64,000 nt of DNA from Candidatus Limnocylindria bacterium (GCA_035514295.1 DATKBB010000068.1:135-64134); one strand, 5' to 3'; counted from the first letter of the stretch, positions 25,036-34,945 are shown. Numbers and translations: made by a program. The notes: generated from the letters alone by a model not told the origin.

Positions 25036-25734
25036 TTGGGTCGCGTGCAGGTTGCGGCAAGCATTCTGACCGCCGACTTCAGCAACCTTTACCGCGTGGT
25101 GCGCAAGCTCGAGCGCGCCGGCGTGGACCGCTTCCACCTCGACGTGATGGACGGCCACTTCGTGCCCAACATCACATTCGGCCCGGACGTGGTGGCGGCC
25201 GTGCGACGCCTGACCGGCCTGCCCATCGACGTGCACCTGATGATCGCCCAGCCCTCGCGCTACGCCGCCGACTTTCTGAAGGCCGGCTCGGACACGATCA
25301 CCTTCCACGTCGAGGTGGAGGAGCTTGACGAGTTGAAGCGGGAGACCCTTGGCCGTATCCGGCGCGAGCAGCGGGTGGCGGGCCTGGCCGTCAGCCCGGC
25401 CACGCCGGTGGAGGCGGTGACCCCCTTCCTGAACGAGCTGGGCATCGTCATGATCATGACCGTCGAGCCGGGCTTCGGCGGCCAGGGCTTCCTGGCACAG
25501 GCGGCGCCCAAGATCGCCGAGGCGCGCCGGCTGCTGGCCGGCCGACCGGCGGCCACCGTCCACGTCGACGGCGGGGTGAACGCGGAGACGGCTGCCCAGG
25601 TGGGTCGCTTCGGTCCGGACGTCTGCGTCGTCGGCTCCGCCCTGTTCCAGCGCGGCCGTGATACGGCACGCGAGGTGGACGAGGTGCGTGGCCTGGCGGC
25701 GGGGGTGGCACCCGGCGTGGCCAGCCGCGCCTGA
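25036..25734 (+). CDS. rpe: Ribulose-phosphate 3-epimerase
   Basis: ASILTADF...[16 protein letters not shown]...DVHLM...TFH...[10 protein letters not shown]...VDGG. Confidence 0.9.
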   Translation: MGRVQVAASILTADFSNLYRVVRKLERAGVDRFHLDVMDGHFVPNITFGPDVVAAVRRLTGLPIDVHLMIAQPSRYAADFLKAGSDTITFHVEVEELDELKRETLGRIRREQRVAGLAVSPATPVEAVTPFLNELGIVMIMTVEPGFGGQGFLAQAAPKIAEARRLLAGRPAATVHVDGGVNAETAAQVGRFGPDVCVVGSALFQRGRDTAREVDEVRGLAAGVAPGVASRA

Positions 25735-25762
25735 GCGTCCACACCAGCCGGGAAATAGTCCG

Positions 25763-26209
25763 TTGCGGCTACTGATCCAGCGCGTCGCGCGAGCCGAAGT
25801 GAGCGTCGGCGACGAGGTGGTGGGCTCGATCGGGGAGGGGCTGGTCGTGCTGGTGGGCGTCGGTCGCGCCGACGACCAGGTCGTGGCCGGGCGCCTGGCC
25901 GACAAGTGCGTCGAGCTGCGCATCTTCCGGGACGAGGAGGGCCGCACCAACCGCTCGCTGCTCGACGTCGGCGGCGAGGTGCTGGCGGTCAGCCAGTTCA
26001 CCCTCTACGCCGACACGCGCAAGGGTCGCCGGCCGTCGTTCCTGGACGCCGCGCCGCCGGAGCAGGGCGAGGCGCTCTACGAGGAGTTCGTGCGGGCGCT
26101 GGAGGCGCGCGGGGTGCGCGTGGCGCGTGGCGTCTTCGGCGCGGAGATGGAGGTGGCGCTCGTCAACGACGGGCCGATGACGATCTGGCTGGACAACGCC
26201 GAGCGTTGA
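25763..26209 (+). CDS. dtd: D-aminoacyl-tRNA deacylase
   Basis: TTG 25763 gives (M)[14 protein letters not shown]...GLVVLVGV...LRIF...[18 protein letters not shown]...VNDGPMTI. Confidence 0.9.
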   Translation: MRLLIQRVARAEVSVGDEVVGSIGEGLVVLVGVGRADDQVVAGRLADKCVELRIFRDEEGRTNRSLLDVGGEVLAVSQFTLYADTRKGRRPSFLDAAPPEQGEALYEEFVRALEARGVRVARGVFGAEMEVALVNDGPMTIWLDNAER

Positions 26210-26233
26210 GCCGGGCCGAGTGGGCTGCCGACG

Positions 26234-26425
26234 TCAGCCGGTCTTCTGCAGCGTCCGCCGGCAGCGATTGCAGACCAGCACCCGCCGCCCGCCATGGGTC
26301 GCCAGACGCAGGGGCTGCAGGTTGGGCTGGTAGCGACGGTGAGCGCGGACGCGGTTCATGCCTACCGACTGAGGGTTGAAACCGCCCATCGAGACCTTGC
26401 CGCAGATCGCGCAGGTGCGTGCCAT
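26234..26425 (-). CDS. rpmB: 50S ribosomal protein L28
   Basis: MARTCAICGKVSMGGFNPQSVGMNRVRAHRRYQPNLQ... It is divergent from the asp23-DAK2-recG cluster, as in Firmicutes. Confidence 0.9.
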   Translation of the reverse strand: MARTCAICGKVSMGGFNPQSVGMNRVRAHRRYQPNLQPLRLATHGGRRVLVCNRCRRTLQKTG

Positions 26426-26481
26426 GCTGGGCTATCTCCAGGATCGAGGGAAGGAACCGCCGGCCAACTGGCCGGGCTGGC

Positions 26482-26487
26482 TACTAT
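26482..26487 (+). promoter_or_regulatory. Candidate -10 (TACTAT) placed 6 nt before the GTG start of the Asp23-family gene
   Basis: The sequence reads gcTACTATagcacgGTG, in the divergent rpmB/asp23 spacer. Confidence 0.3.
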
Positions 26488-26493
26488 AGCACG

Positions 26494-26880
26494 GTGACGA
26501 CCTCCAACGACCGGACGGAACGGCCCGCTTCGACCGCCGTCGCTCCGCGCACGATCGGCGAACTGGCCCGCAAGGCGGCCGCCAGCTCCTACGGCGTCGT
26601 GCGCGTGGCCGGGCCGCGCTGGTACCACGGGCTGCTGGCCAGGCTGGGCCGCGGCACGTCCGGTGTCCGGGTCAGCACCGAGCCGCGCCTCAGCATCCAG
26701 CTCTTCCTGGCCCTCGCGCCGGGCGTGCCCGTGGCACAGGTGAGCAGCAATGTGGAGAAGGCGGTGCGTTACATCATCCAGCGCGAGACGGGACGCATCG
26801 TGGACGAGCTGGCCATCCACGTCGGCGGGGTGCCCGTGGGGCGCGCCGGCGGGGGTGCGCAGGGTTCGCTGGGCACTTGA
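26494..26880 (+). CDS. Asp23/Gls24-family (alkaline shock protein-like) protein
   Basis: Motifs: TIGELARKAAASSYGVV...V...L...PGVPVAQVSSNVEKAVRYIIQRETGRIVDELAIHV. It occupies the conserved yloU position before the DAK2 gene. Confidence 0.8.
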   Translation: MTTSNDRTERPASTAVAPRTIGELARKAAASSYGVVRVAGPRWYHGLLARLGRGTSGVRVSTEPRLSIQLFLALAPGVPVAQVSSNVEKAVRYIIQRETGRIVDELAIHVGGVPVGRAGGGAQGSLGT

Positions 26881-26893
26881 GCGACAGGGCCAG

Positions 26894-28564
26894 TTGAGCG
26901 ACCGCGCCTGGGAGGGAGTCGAACTGCTTGCCGCGCTGCGCCAGTCGGCGGCAACGCTGCGCCTGCATGTCGACGAGGTCAACGCGCTGAACGTCTTCCC
27001 GGTGCCCGACGGCGACACCGGCTCGAACATGCTGGCCACCATCCAGGCGGCGGTCGAGGAAGGGGCCGGGCTGGACGGCGATGACAGCAGCTTGGCCCAG
27101 GTTTCGGCGGCGATCAGCCTGGGAGCGCTGATGGGCGCGCGCGGCAACAGCGGCGTGATCCTGTCGCAGCTCTTCCGCGGGATGTCGGAGGAGTTGCAGT
27201 CCCAGTCGCAGCTCGACGGGGCCTCGCTGGCCGCGGCCCTGCAGGCGGGTTGCTCGGCGGCCTTCTCGGCGGTGGCCAAGCCGGTCGAGGGCACCATCCT
27301 GACCGTCGCGCGGGAGGCGGCGGAAGCGGCCGGCAGGGCGGCCAAGCGCGAGAAGCGACTGGAGCCCGTCCTGAGCGCTGCCGTAGAGGCGGCCGCCGCG
27401 GCGGTCGAGGCGACGCCCACGCTGCTGCCTATCCTGCGCCAGGCGCAGGTCGTCGATGCCGGCGGGCGCGGGCTCGAGCTGGTGCTGCGCGGCGCCCTGG
27501 CCTACGCGCGCGGCGAGCAGCTCAGCCTTCAGGCGGCAGTGCCGCACGAGATCGTCTTCCCCGCCTTCGAGGCGCTGGAGGAAGACGGCTTCGGCTACGA
27601 GACCGTCTTCGTCGTCACGCCGCAGGATGAAGCTCGGCTGGACGTCATCGCCATCCGCAACCAACTGGAGGAGCTGGGTGAGTCGGTGCTGGTGGCCGGC
27701 GACGACCGGGCCGTCAAGGTGCACGTCCACAACGAGCGGCCGGACGAGATCATCGCCTACGGCCTCTCGCTGGGTACGCTCAGCCGCATCGTCGTCGAGA
27801 ACCTCGACAGGCAGGCCCACGAACGGCGCCAAGGCAACGGCGACCGGCCAAGCGAGACGGCCGCCGCGGTCGAGGATCAGGCAGCTGGGGCGGGCCGCTC
27901 GATTGCTGCCGGCCCTGGGGTGGTGGCCGTTGCTCCGGGCGACGGTCTGGAGCGTGTCTTCCTGAGCCTGGGCGCGCGCGTGGTGCGCAGCGAGAACGGT
28001 GTCAACTCGTCGGCCGGCGAGCTGGCCGAGGCAATCCGTGCCACCGGTTGCCAGGACGTGCTGGTGCTGCCCAACCACCCCAACGTGCGCCTGGCGGCCA
28101 GCCAGGGCGGCGACCTGTGCCCCGATCAGAACGTGGCCGTCGTCGCCACGCGCAACGCCGCCGAGGGCGTGGCGGCACTGCTGGCCCTGGACGAGGACGA
28201 GTCGCTGGCCGGCAACGCCAAGCGCATGCTGGCCGCCGCCCGGGCTGTTCACACCCTGCAAGTAGCTGAGGCCGTGCGCGACGCGCGCTTGGGCCGGCGG
28301 CGCGTGCGCAGGGGCCAGCACATCGTGCTGCGCGCCGACGGCAAGCTGCTGGCCGCCGACGACGAGCGCCAGGCGGCCATCCTGCGCGCGCTGCAGGGGC
28401 TCAAGTCGGAGCCTGAGCTGATCACGCTCTACCACGGGGAAGGCAGCGACGACGAAGAGGCACGCGCACTGGCCGAGGCCATCGCAGCCGCCTACGCTTC
28501 GACCGAGGTGGAGGTAGTCGAGGGCGGCCAGCATCACTACAGCTTCCTGATCTCGGCCGAGTAG
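26894..28564 (+). CDS. DAK2-domain fusion protein (YloV-like)
   Basis: Motifs: LNVFPVPDGDTGSNM...GARGNSGVILSQ. The C-terminal DegV-like half ends ...LITLYHGEG...IVEGGQHHY. TTG 26894 is taken as the start, after the asp23 stop. Confidence 0.85.
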   Translation: MSDRAWEGVELLAALRQSAATLRLHVDEVNALNVFPVPDGDTGSNMLATIQAAVEEGAGLDGDDSSLAQVSAAISLGALMGARGNSGVILSQLFRGMSEELQSQSQLDGASLAAALQAGCSAAFSAVAKPVEGTILTVAREAAEAAGRAAKREKRLEPVLSAAVEAAAAAVEATPTLLPILRQAQVVDAGGRGLELVLRGALAYARGEQLSLQAAVPHEIVFPAFEALEEDGFGYETVFVVTPQDEARLDVIAIRNQLEELGESVLVAGDDRAVKVHVHNERPDEIIAYGLSLGTLSRIVVENLDRQAHERRQGNGDRPSETAAAVEDQAAGAGRSIAAGPGVVAVAPGDGLERVFLSLGARVVRSENGVNSSAGELAEAIRATGCQDVLVLPNHPNVRLAASQGGDLCPDQNVAVVATRNAAEGVAALLALDEDESLAGNAKRMLAAARAVHTLQVAEAVRDARLGRRRVRRGQHIVLRADGKLLAADDERQAAILRALQGLKSEPELITLYHGEGSDDEEARALAEAIAAAYASTEVEVVEGGQHHYSFLISAE

Positions 28565-30894
28565 TGGGCGCGGTCGCCGGCGCGCGGGAGGCGAGCGAGG
28601 CGGCCGGCGTCGATCTGCTCGAGCTGCCCTTCGACAAACGCCATCCGCTGGGCGGCGCCGCGGCCGTGCGCCTCCGCCAGCTGGGCCTGGCAGACCTGCG
28701 CGCGCTGCTCTTCCACCTGCCCCGCCGCTACGATGACTTCAGCCGCCCGATGACGCTGGCCGCGCTGCGTGCGCGACCGCCCGAAGGCCCGGTGTCAGCC
28801 ACCGTCGAGCTCGTCGAGCTGCGCGTTGAGCCGGGATTCCGGCGGCGGGTTCAGCGCACCGTCGCGCGCCTGCGCGACGAGACCGGCGAGGGCGAGGCCG
28901 TCTGGTTCGGGCGGCGCTACATCGAACGGCGCCTGGCCGCCGGCCAGCGCGTGGCGCTGTCCGGCAAGGTCGAGCTGCGCGGCTGGCTGCCGCGCTTCCA
29001 GAACCCCGAGTTCGGGCCGGCCGGCGATGACGCCCTGCACGCCGGCCGCATCGTGCCCGTCTACCGGCTCACGGCGCGCATGACGGCGGCTTGGCTGCGG
29101 GCAACCATGCGCACGGCCCTCGAGCGTTACCTGGGTTTCTACGAGGAGTACCTGCCGGCTGAGGCGCTGGCCGCCTTCGAGCACGACCCGCCGAACATCC
29201 GCGAGGCCATCGAGTGGGTCCACTTCCCGCCGGACTTCGGCAGCCTCGACCGGGCCCTGGGCCGGCTGGCCTTCGACGAGCTGCTGGCCCTGCAGCTGGG
29301 CATGCTCGCCCGGCAGCGGCAGCGGACGCGAGAATCGGCACAGCCGGTGGTCGTGGCCGACGATCGCTACGAGCAGGCCGTTGCCGCCGTGGAGGCAGTC
29401 ATCGGCGGGCAGATCCAGCGCCGGCGCGCGGCGGGCGCGACGGCGGAGGCTACGCCGGCAGAAGCCCGGGTCGAGCTGACCGACGACCAGCGGGCGGCGC
29501 TGGCGGCCGTCCGCGCCGACCTGGCCGGCGAGCGTCCCATGCTGCGCCTGCTGCAGGGGGACGTCGGCTCAGGCAAGACCGCGGTCGCGGCGCTGGCTTT
29601 GGCCTTCGTGGCGAACGCGGGCGGGCAGGGCGCGCTGCTGGCGCCGACCGACCTGCTCGCACGCCAGCACGCCCAGACGCTGGCCGCCCTGCTCGAGCCG
29701 CTGGGCCACGGCGTTACGCTGCTGACCGGCTCGCTGCCCGCCGCGGCGCGGCGCGAGGCGCTCGAGCTGCTGGTGGCACCTGTGCCGGTGTCCGTCACCG
29801 GCGCCAGCCTGGGTCGGGTGGTGGTGGGCACGCACGCCCTTTTCCAGGAGCGGGTCTCCTTCGCCGACCTGCGCCTGGTGGTCGTCGACGAGCAGCATCG
29901 CTTCGGCGTGACCGAGCGCGAAGCGCTGGCGGCCAAGGGCACGGCGCCGCACGTCCTGCTGATGACCGCCACGCCCATCCCGCGCACGCTCAGCCAGATC
30001 GTCCATGCCGACCTGGACGTTTCCGACCTGCGCACGCCGCCGGCCGGCCGGCGCAAGATCGGCACGGCCATCCGGCGGCCGCACGAGCTGGTCACGCGCG
30101 AGGACGGCAAGCAGGGCGCGCTGGCACTGATCGTGCAGGAGGTCGCGGCCGGGCGGCGTGCCTTCGTGGTCGTGCCGCTCGTCGAGGACGACGCGGACTC
30201 CGCCGCGCAGTCCGTCGAGCAGGCCGCCACGCTCTTACGCAGCAAGTGGCCGGAGGCTGTGGCGGTGGCCGGCGTCGGGCCGACCGAGCCCCGGCTGGAG
30301 ATCGTCCACGGCCAGCTGAAGGCGTCGGAGCGCGACGGGCGCATGGAACGCTTCCGCCGGGGCGAGGTCGACATCGTGGTCGGCACGACCGTGCTCGAGG
30401 TGGGCGTGGACGTGCCGGAGGCCTCGGTCATGCTGATCTTCGATGCCGATCGCTTCGGCTTGGCGCAGCTGCACCAGCTGCGCGGCCGCGTGGGCCGCGG
30501 CGAGGCAGAGTCGTGGTGCGTGCTGGTCTCCGAGCGCTATCCGTCGGCCGAGCCGCAGGGCGACGAGGAGGCGGTGGTCAAGGCCAGGCTCGACGCCGTG
30601 GCACGAACGCAGGACGGTTTCGAGCTGGCCGAGCTGGACCTCGAGCAGCGCCGCGAGGGTGAGCTGCTTGGCGTTCACCAGAGCGGGCTTCCGCCTCTCC
30701 GCGTTGTCTCGCTGGGCCGGCCGGCACACCGTGAGCTCTCGCTCCGCGCGCGGGCGGTGGCCGAGAGGCTGCTCGGCGACGATGGACGGCTGCCCGATCG
30801 CCACGCCCGGCTGGCCGCCGAGCTGGCCGGCGGCTGGCTTCGCCGCGTGGGGGCCGGCGAGGTGCTGGCCGCCGGCGAGGCGGAGCGTGCCTGA
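28564..30894 (+). CDS. recG: ATP-dependent DNA helicase RecG
   Basis: Wedge-domain region, LQGDVGSGKT, VVDEQHRFGV, MTATPIPRTL and HQLRGRVGRG. The start is uncertain. Confidence 0.9.
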   Translation: MGAVAGAREASEAAGVDLLELPFDKRHPLGGAAAVRLRQLGLADLRALLFHLPRRYDDFSRPMTLAALRARPPEGPVSATVELVELRVEPGFRRRVQRTVARLRDETGEGEAVWFGRRYIERRLAAGQRVALSGKVELRGWLPRFQNPEFGPAGDDALHAGRIVPVYRLTARMTAAWLRATMRTALERYLGFYEEYLPAEALAAFEHDPPNIREAIEWVHFPPDFGSLDRALGRLAFDELLALQLGMLARQRQRTRESAQPVVVADDRYEQAVAAVEAVIGGQIQRRRAAGATAEATPAEARVELTDDQRAALAAVRADLAGERPMLRLLQGDVGSGKTAVAALALAFVANAGGQGALLAPTDLLARQHAQTLAALLEPLGHGVTLLTGSLPAAARREALELLVAPVPVSVTGASLGRVVVGTHALFQERVSFADLRLVVVDEQHRFGVTEREALAAKGTAPHVLLMTATPIPRTLSQIVHADLDVSDLRTPPAGRRKIGTAIRRPHELVTREDGKQGALALIVQEVAAGRRAFVVVPLVEDDADSAAQSVEQAATLLRSKWPEAVAVAGVGPTEPRLEIVHGQLKASERDGRMERFRRGEVDIVVGTTVLEVGVDVPEASVMLIFDADRFGLAQLHQLRGRVGRGEAESWCVLVSERYPSAEPQGDEEAVVKARLDAVARTQDGFELAELDLEQRREGELLGVHQSGLPPLRVVSLGRPAHRELSLRARAVAERLLGDDGRLPDRHARLAAELAGGWLRRVGAGEVLAAGEAERA

Positions 30895-31483
30895 CGCCGG
30901 GCGGGTCGTGACGGGCACGGCCAAGGGCCTGCGCCTGGCGGCGCCGGGGGAGGGGACCCGGCCGCTCTCCGACCGGCTGAAGCAGGGCCTCTTTGGCTCC
31001 CTCGCCGCCGACACGGACGTGCTGGACGGCGGCGCCTTCCTGGACCTCTACGCGGGCAGCGGGGCGGCCGGCATCGAGGCCCTCAGCCGCGGGGCCGGGC
31101 GGACGTTGTTCCTGGAGCACGACGCCGGCGCCTGCCGCGTGATCGCCGACAACCTGCGCCGGGCGGGCCTGGCGGGCGGGCGTGTCGTGCGCGCCGACGT
31201 CCTGCGCCACCTCGCCAACGTGCCGCCCGAAGCCGAGGCCTTTGACGCCTGCCTGGCCGACCCACCCTACAATCAGCCGCTGATGGAGCCCACCCTCGAG
31301 CTGCTGGGGGCATCCCCCGTCGGCTGGCTGCGACCGGCGGCGGTGGTCGTGGCGAAGCACTTCTGGCGTGACGCACCGCCCGACCAGGTGGGCCGGCTGC
31401 GCGCTTACCGGCGCCGGCGCCAGGGCGAGACGATGCTCAGCTTCTACCGCCTGCACGAGCCTGACGAGGCACAGGAGGACTGA
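30887..31483 (+). CDS. rsmD: 16S rRNA (guanine966-N2)-methyltransferase RsmD
   Basis: GTG 30887. Motifs: GRVVTGTAKGLRL...TRPLSDRLKQGLF...FLDLYAGSGAAGIEALSRGA...ADPPY. Confidence 0.85.
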   Translation: MPDAGRVVTGTAKGLRLAAPGEGTRPLSDRLKQGLFGSLAADTDVLDGGAFLDLYAGSGAAGIEALSRGAGRTLFLEHDAGACRVIADNLRRAGLAGGRVVRADVLRHLANVPPEAEAFDACLADPPYNQPLMEPTLELLGASPVGWLRPAAVVVAKHFWRDAPPDQVGRLRAYRRRRQGETMLSFYRLHEPDEAQED

Positions 31484-31965
31484 TGGCCACGGCGCTCTAT
31501 CCCGGCTCGTTCGACCCCATCACCTACGGGCACCTAGACGTCATCGCCCGCGCAGCGGGACTCTTCGAGCGGCTGGTGGTGGGCGTGCTCACCAACCCGC
31601 GCAAGTCGCCGCTGCTCGGGCTCGACGAGCGCCTGGCCGTCATCCGCGAGGCGCTGGCCGACGAGCTGGGCGACGCCGGCCGGCGGGTGGAGGTGTCGGG
31701 CTTCGACGGCCTGACAGTGGACTTCGCCCGGCGCAGCGGGGCCGGCTTCATCGTGCGCGGCCTGCGCGCGGTGAGCGACTTCGAGAGCGAGCTGCAAATG
31801 GCCCACACCAACCGCAAGCTGGCGCCCGACGTCGACACGCTATTCCTGATGACCTCGCTCGAGCACGCTTACCTCAGCTCCAGCCTGGTCAAGGAGATCG
31901 CCTCGTTCGGCGGCGACGTGAGCCGGATGGTGCCCGCGGCGGCGGTCAGCCGCCTGACTCGCTAG
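31483..31965 (+). CDS. coaD: Phosphopantetheine adenylyltransferase
   Basis: ALYPGSFDPITYGHLDVI...RGLRAVSDFESELQMAHTN...SSSLVKEI. Confidence 0.95.
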   Translation: MATALYPGSFDPITYGHLDVIARAAGLFERLVVGVLTNPRKSPLLGLDERLAVIREALADELGDAGRRVEVSGFDGLTVDFARRSGAGFIVRGLRAVSDFESELQMAHTNRKLAPDVDTLFLMTSLEHAYLSSSLVKEIASFGGDVSRMVPAAAVSRLTR

Positions 31966-32080
31966 GTGGTAAGCGCAGCGAGGCCGTAGAATGCCTCGTT
32001 GAGGGCGCACGGAGGCCAGTCCCATCGACATCGTCTTTCTCATCGAACAACTGGAACGGCAGATCGCCAACGGGCGGACC

Positions 32081-32548
32081 ATGCCGCTGACCAGCAACGT
32101 CATCATCGACCAGGCGCGAGCCCTGGATCTCCTCGATCAGTTGCGTGTGGCTGTGCCCGAAGAGGTACGCCAGGCAAAGCGCATCAGTGAGGAGACGGAG
32201 CGCATCGTCGAGCGCGCGCAGGAGGAGGCCGAGCGCATCCTCGCTCGCGCGCAGGAGCAGGCAGCCTTCCTGATCGAGGAGCGCGAGCTGACCCGCGCGG
32301 CGGAGCTCCGCTCGCAGGAGATCATCGCCCAGGGTGAGCGCGACGCCGACGGCATCCGGCAGGGCGCGGACGAGTACGCCCAGAGTGTGCTGGTCCATCT
32401 CGAAGGGGAGTGCATCAAGGCGCTTCAGAGCATCAAGCGTGGCCTGGCCCTGCTCGACGAGCGGCACCGCGCGCCGGCCGACGGGGCCGGCGTGGCAGAG
32501 GCCGGCGCCGAGTACGAGGAGCTCGAGCCAAGCCGTGCTCAGCTATAA
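32081..32548 (+). CDS. Conserved coiled-coil protein of unknown function upstream of yceD (true start probably further upstream at a non-canonical codon)
   Basis: ATG 32081 lacks an SD. The in-frame upstream 57 nt continue the same amphipathic helix (IDIVFLIEQLERQIANGRT-MPLTSNVIIDQARALDLLDQLR). They are preceded by GGAGG (32011-32015), which sits 8 nt before ATC 32024. Confidence 0.7.
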   Translation: MPLTSNVIIDQARALDLLDQLRVAVPEEVRQAKRISEETERIVERAQEEAERILARAQEQAAFLIEERELTRAAELRSQEIIAQGERDADGIRQGADEYAQSVLVHLEGECIKALQSIKRGLALLDERHRAPADGAGVAEAGAEYEELEPSRAQL

Positions 32549-33074
32549 CGTCGCGGCACTTCTGCGCGCTGCGCCCGGCACGGAACGCAGGTACGAGGTC
32601 GCCATCCCGGACATGCCGATCGCCGAGGACGTACGCCTGGCGGCGCCAATCGAGGGCGAAGTACGCCTGTCGCGCACGGGCCGCAGCATCATCGCCCGCG
32701 CCCAGCTGAGCACGGCCCTCGAGGGCAGCTGCGCGCGCTGCCTGCAGCCGCTCGTGGCGCCCATCGACGTCAGCATCGAGGAAGAGGCGCTACCATCGAT
32801 CGACATCGACTCCGGCCTGGCCGTCGATCGGGCGGCCGAGCCAGATGCGTTGCGCCTGGACGAGCACCACGAGCTGGACCTGGGCGAGCCGATCCGCGAG
32901 GCAATCTCGCTGGCCGAGCCGATCCACCTGCTCTGCCGGCCGGACTGCCGCGGGCTGTGCCTGGTGTGCGGGGTCGACCTGAACAACGAAGACCAGCACG
33001 CCCACGCAGAGGAAGAGCTCGATCCGCGCCTGGCGCGCCTGGCGGAGTGGCGCGAGGCGTCGGACAAGAACTGA
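32535..33074 (+). CDS. yceD: YceD/DUF177 family protein (ribosome large-subunit biogenesis associated)
   Basis: GTG 32535. It has CARCL...and CRPDCRGLCLVCGVDLN Cys motifs and directly precedes rpmF, the conserved pairing. Confidence 0.85.
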   Translation: MLSYNVAALLRAAPGTERRYEVAIPDMPIAEDVRLAAPIEGEVRLSRTGRSIIARAQLSTALEGSCARCLQPLVAPIDVSIEEEALPSIDIDSGLAVDRAAEPDALRLDEHHELDLGEPIREAISLAEPIHLLCRPDCRGLCLVCGVDLNNEDQHAHAEEELDPRLARLAEWREASDKN

Positions 33075-33109
33075 CCAGACCGGTCCACGACAGAGGAGAT
33101 ACCTGATCA

Positions 33110-33319
33110 ATGGGAGTACCCAAGCGGCGCGTCTCGAAGGCGCGCCAGGGCGAGCGCCGCTCGCATTGCGCCCTCAGCCTGCCCAAGGTCGAGGAGTGCC
33201 CGCACTGCCACCAGCCCAAGCAGCCGCACCACGCCTGCCCGCACTGCGGCTGGTACGGTGGGCGGGAGGCGGTCCAGATCAAGTCGCGCAGCAGGCCCGA
33301 GGGACCGGCAGCCCAGTAG
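33110..33319 (+). CDS. rpmF: 50S ribosomal protein L32
   Basis: MGVPKRRVSKARQGERRSH with the zinc-ribbon CPHC...CPHCG. Confidence 0.95.
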   Translation: MGVPKRRVSKARQGERRSHCALSLPKVEECPHCHQPKQPHHACPHCGWYGGREAVQIKSRSRPEGPAAQ

Positions 33320-33351
33320 TCGCTTCGAGCACTTCTCGCTAGCGGGAGGCG

Positions 33352-34446
33352 ATGGTGGATCTGCGCACGCTGGCGGGGGACGAGGGCCGCGATACCGAAA
33401 GCAGGGTACGGGTGGCCGTCGACGCCATGGGCGGCGATCACGCGCCGCTCGAGATCGTGCGCGGGGCGCTCGACTGGTCGGTGGGACATCCCGAGGTGGA
33501 GCTGCTGCTGGTCGGCGACGAGGTGCAGCTCCGGCCACACATCGTTGGCGAGCTGCCGGCGCAGGTCAGCCTCGTTCAAGCCGCCCAGTCGGTGGCCATG
33601 GAAGAGCAGCCCGCTCAGGCCGTCCGGCGCAAGCGCGATGCGAGCATCAACGTCTGCATGCGGCTGGTGCGTGAGGGGCGCGCCGACGCCGTCGTGACGG
33701 CGGGGCACACCGGCGCCGGCGTCGCTTCGGCCATCCTGTACCTGGGCCGCCTGCGCGGCGTGGACCGGCCCGCCCTGGCCGTGCAGATGATCACCGACCG
33801 TGGCCCGTTCGTGCTGCTCGACATCGGCGCCACGACCGACTCGACGGGAGTCAACCTGGCCCAGTTCGCGCACATGGGCGCGATCTTCGCCGAGCGCGTC
33901 CTGGGGGTGCACGATCCGTCGGTGGCGCTTCTCTCCATCGGCGAGGAGGGCGGCAAGGGCGAGGCACGCGTGCAGGACGCAAGCGCGCGGCTGGGGGCCA
34001 GTGAGCTGCGCTTCATCGGCAACGTGGAAGGCAAGGACCTGCCCCACCACCCGGCCGACGTGGTGGTCTGCGACGCCTCGGTGGGTAACGTCACGATCAA
34101 GTTCTTCGAAGGGCTCTCGTCGTTCATCTTCGACCAGCTGCGCCAGGAGTTCAGGCGCTGGCCGCTGGGCCCGCTGGGTTACCTGTTCATGCGGCCGGGC
34201 ATCGGGCGCATCAGGGGGCGCTTCGACTACGAGCGCTTGGGAGGCGCGCCGCTGCTGGGCGTCAAGGGCTCCGTGCTGATCACGCATGGCCGTGCCCGGC
34301 GGCGGATGATCGGCTTTGCCATCGAGGTCGGCGCGGCTGCCGCTCGGGCACGTATCCCGGACCGCATCGCCGCCGCCCTGGAGCACGAGGCAGCCGAGCG
34401 CGTAGCCGCCGTCGAGACGGCAACTCCGGCCGATGCCGCGAGCTGA
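33352..34446 (+). CDS. plsX: Phosphate:acyl-ACP acyltransferase PlsX
   Basis: VAVDAMGGDHAP..., AVVTAGHTGA, and GNVEG..L....DVVVCD...GN. Confidence 0.9.
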   Translation: MVDLRTLAGDEGRDTESRVRVAVDAMGGDHAPLEIVRGALDWSVGHPEVELLLVGDEVQLRPHIVGELPAQVSLVQAAQSVAMEEQPAQAVRRKRDASINVCMRLVREGRADAVVTAGHTGAGVASAILYLGRLRGVDRPALAVQMITDRGPFVLLDIGATTDSTGVNLAQFAHMGAIFAERVLGVHDPSVALLSIGEEGGKGEARVQDASARLGASELRFIGNVEGKDLPHHPADVVVCDASVGNVTIKFFEGLSSFIFDQLRQEFRRWPLGPLGYLFMRPGIGRIRGRFDYERLGGAPLLGVKGSVLITHGRARRRMIGFAIEVGAAAARARIPDRIAAALEHEAAERVAAVETATPADAAS

Positions 34447-34945
34447 GCACGAGCAGCAGCGTGAGGGGCGCCGGCTTGCGCTGTCCGCCCTGTTCGAGGC
34501 TGACTTCGGCCAGCGCACCGCCCTGAACGTGCTCGAGCGCCGGCTGGGCGAGGAGGGCACCCGACCCGAGGCGGCTCAGCTGGCTCGCGAGATCGTCGAG
34601 GCCGTCGTGCGCGAGCGCGAGCGGATCGACGCCCGCATCGAGGCCGCCGCACCGCAATATCCCGTCGTCCAGCTCGCGCGAATCGACCGTGCCCTCTTGC
34701 GTTCCGCGCTGGGGGAACTGCTACACTGCCCGACGACGCCGGCGCGAGTCGCCATCGCCGAGTGGGTCGAACTCGCTCGGACTTACAGTGGCGAACCGGC
34801 CCGGCGGCTAGTCAACGGTGTGCTCGGGCGAGTCGCCAGGGAGGCGGCGGGCCGTGGGCGGGAGATGCCGGCCTCCGGCACCAGCAGCGAGGGCGGAGGA
34901 GACCGCCGCACAGGAGGGAGCAACCTTGACCGCTTCGACCTATGA
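34433..34945 (+). CDS. nusB: Transcription antitermination factor NusB
   Basis: [16 protein letters not shown]..., then [15 protein letters not shown]...[31 protein letters not shown], plus an extra Gly/Ser-rich tail. Confidence 0.8.
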   Translation: MPRAEHEQQREGRRLALSALFEADFGQRTALNVLERRLGEEGTRPEAAQLAREIVEAVVRERERIDARIEAAAPQYPVVQLARIDRALLRSALGELLHCPTTPARVAIAEWVELARTYSGEPARRLVNGVLGRVAREAAGRGREMPASGTSSEGGGDRRTGGSNLDRFDL

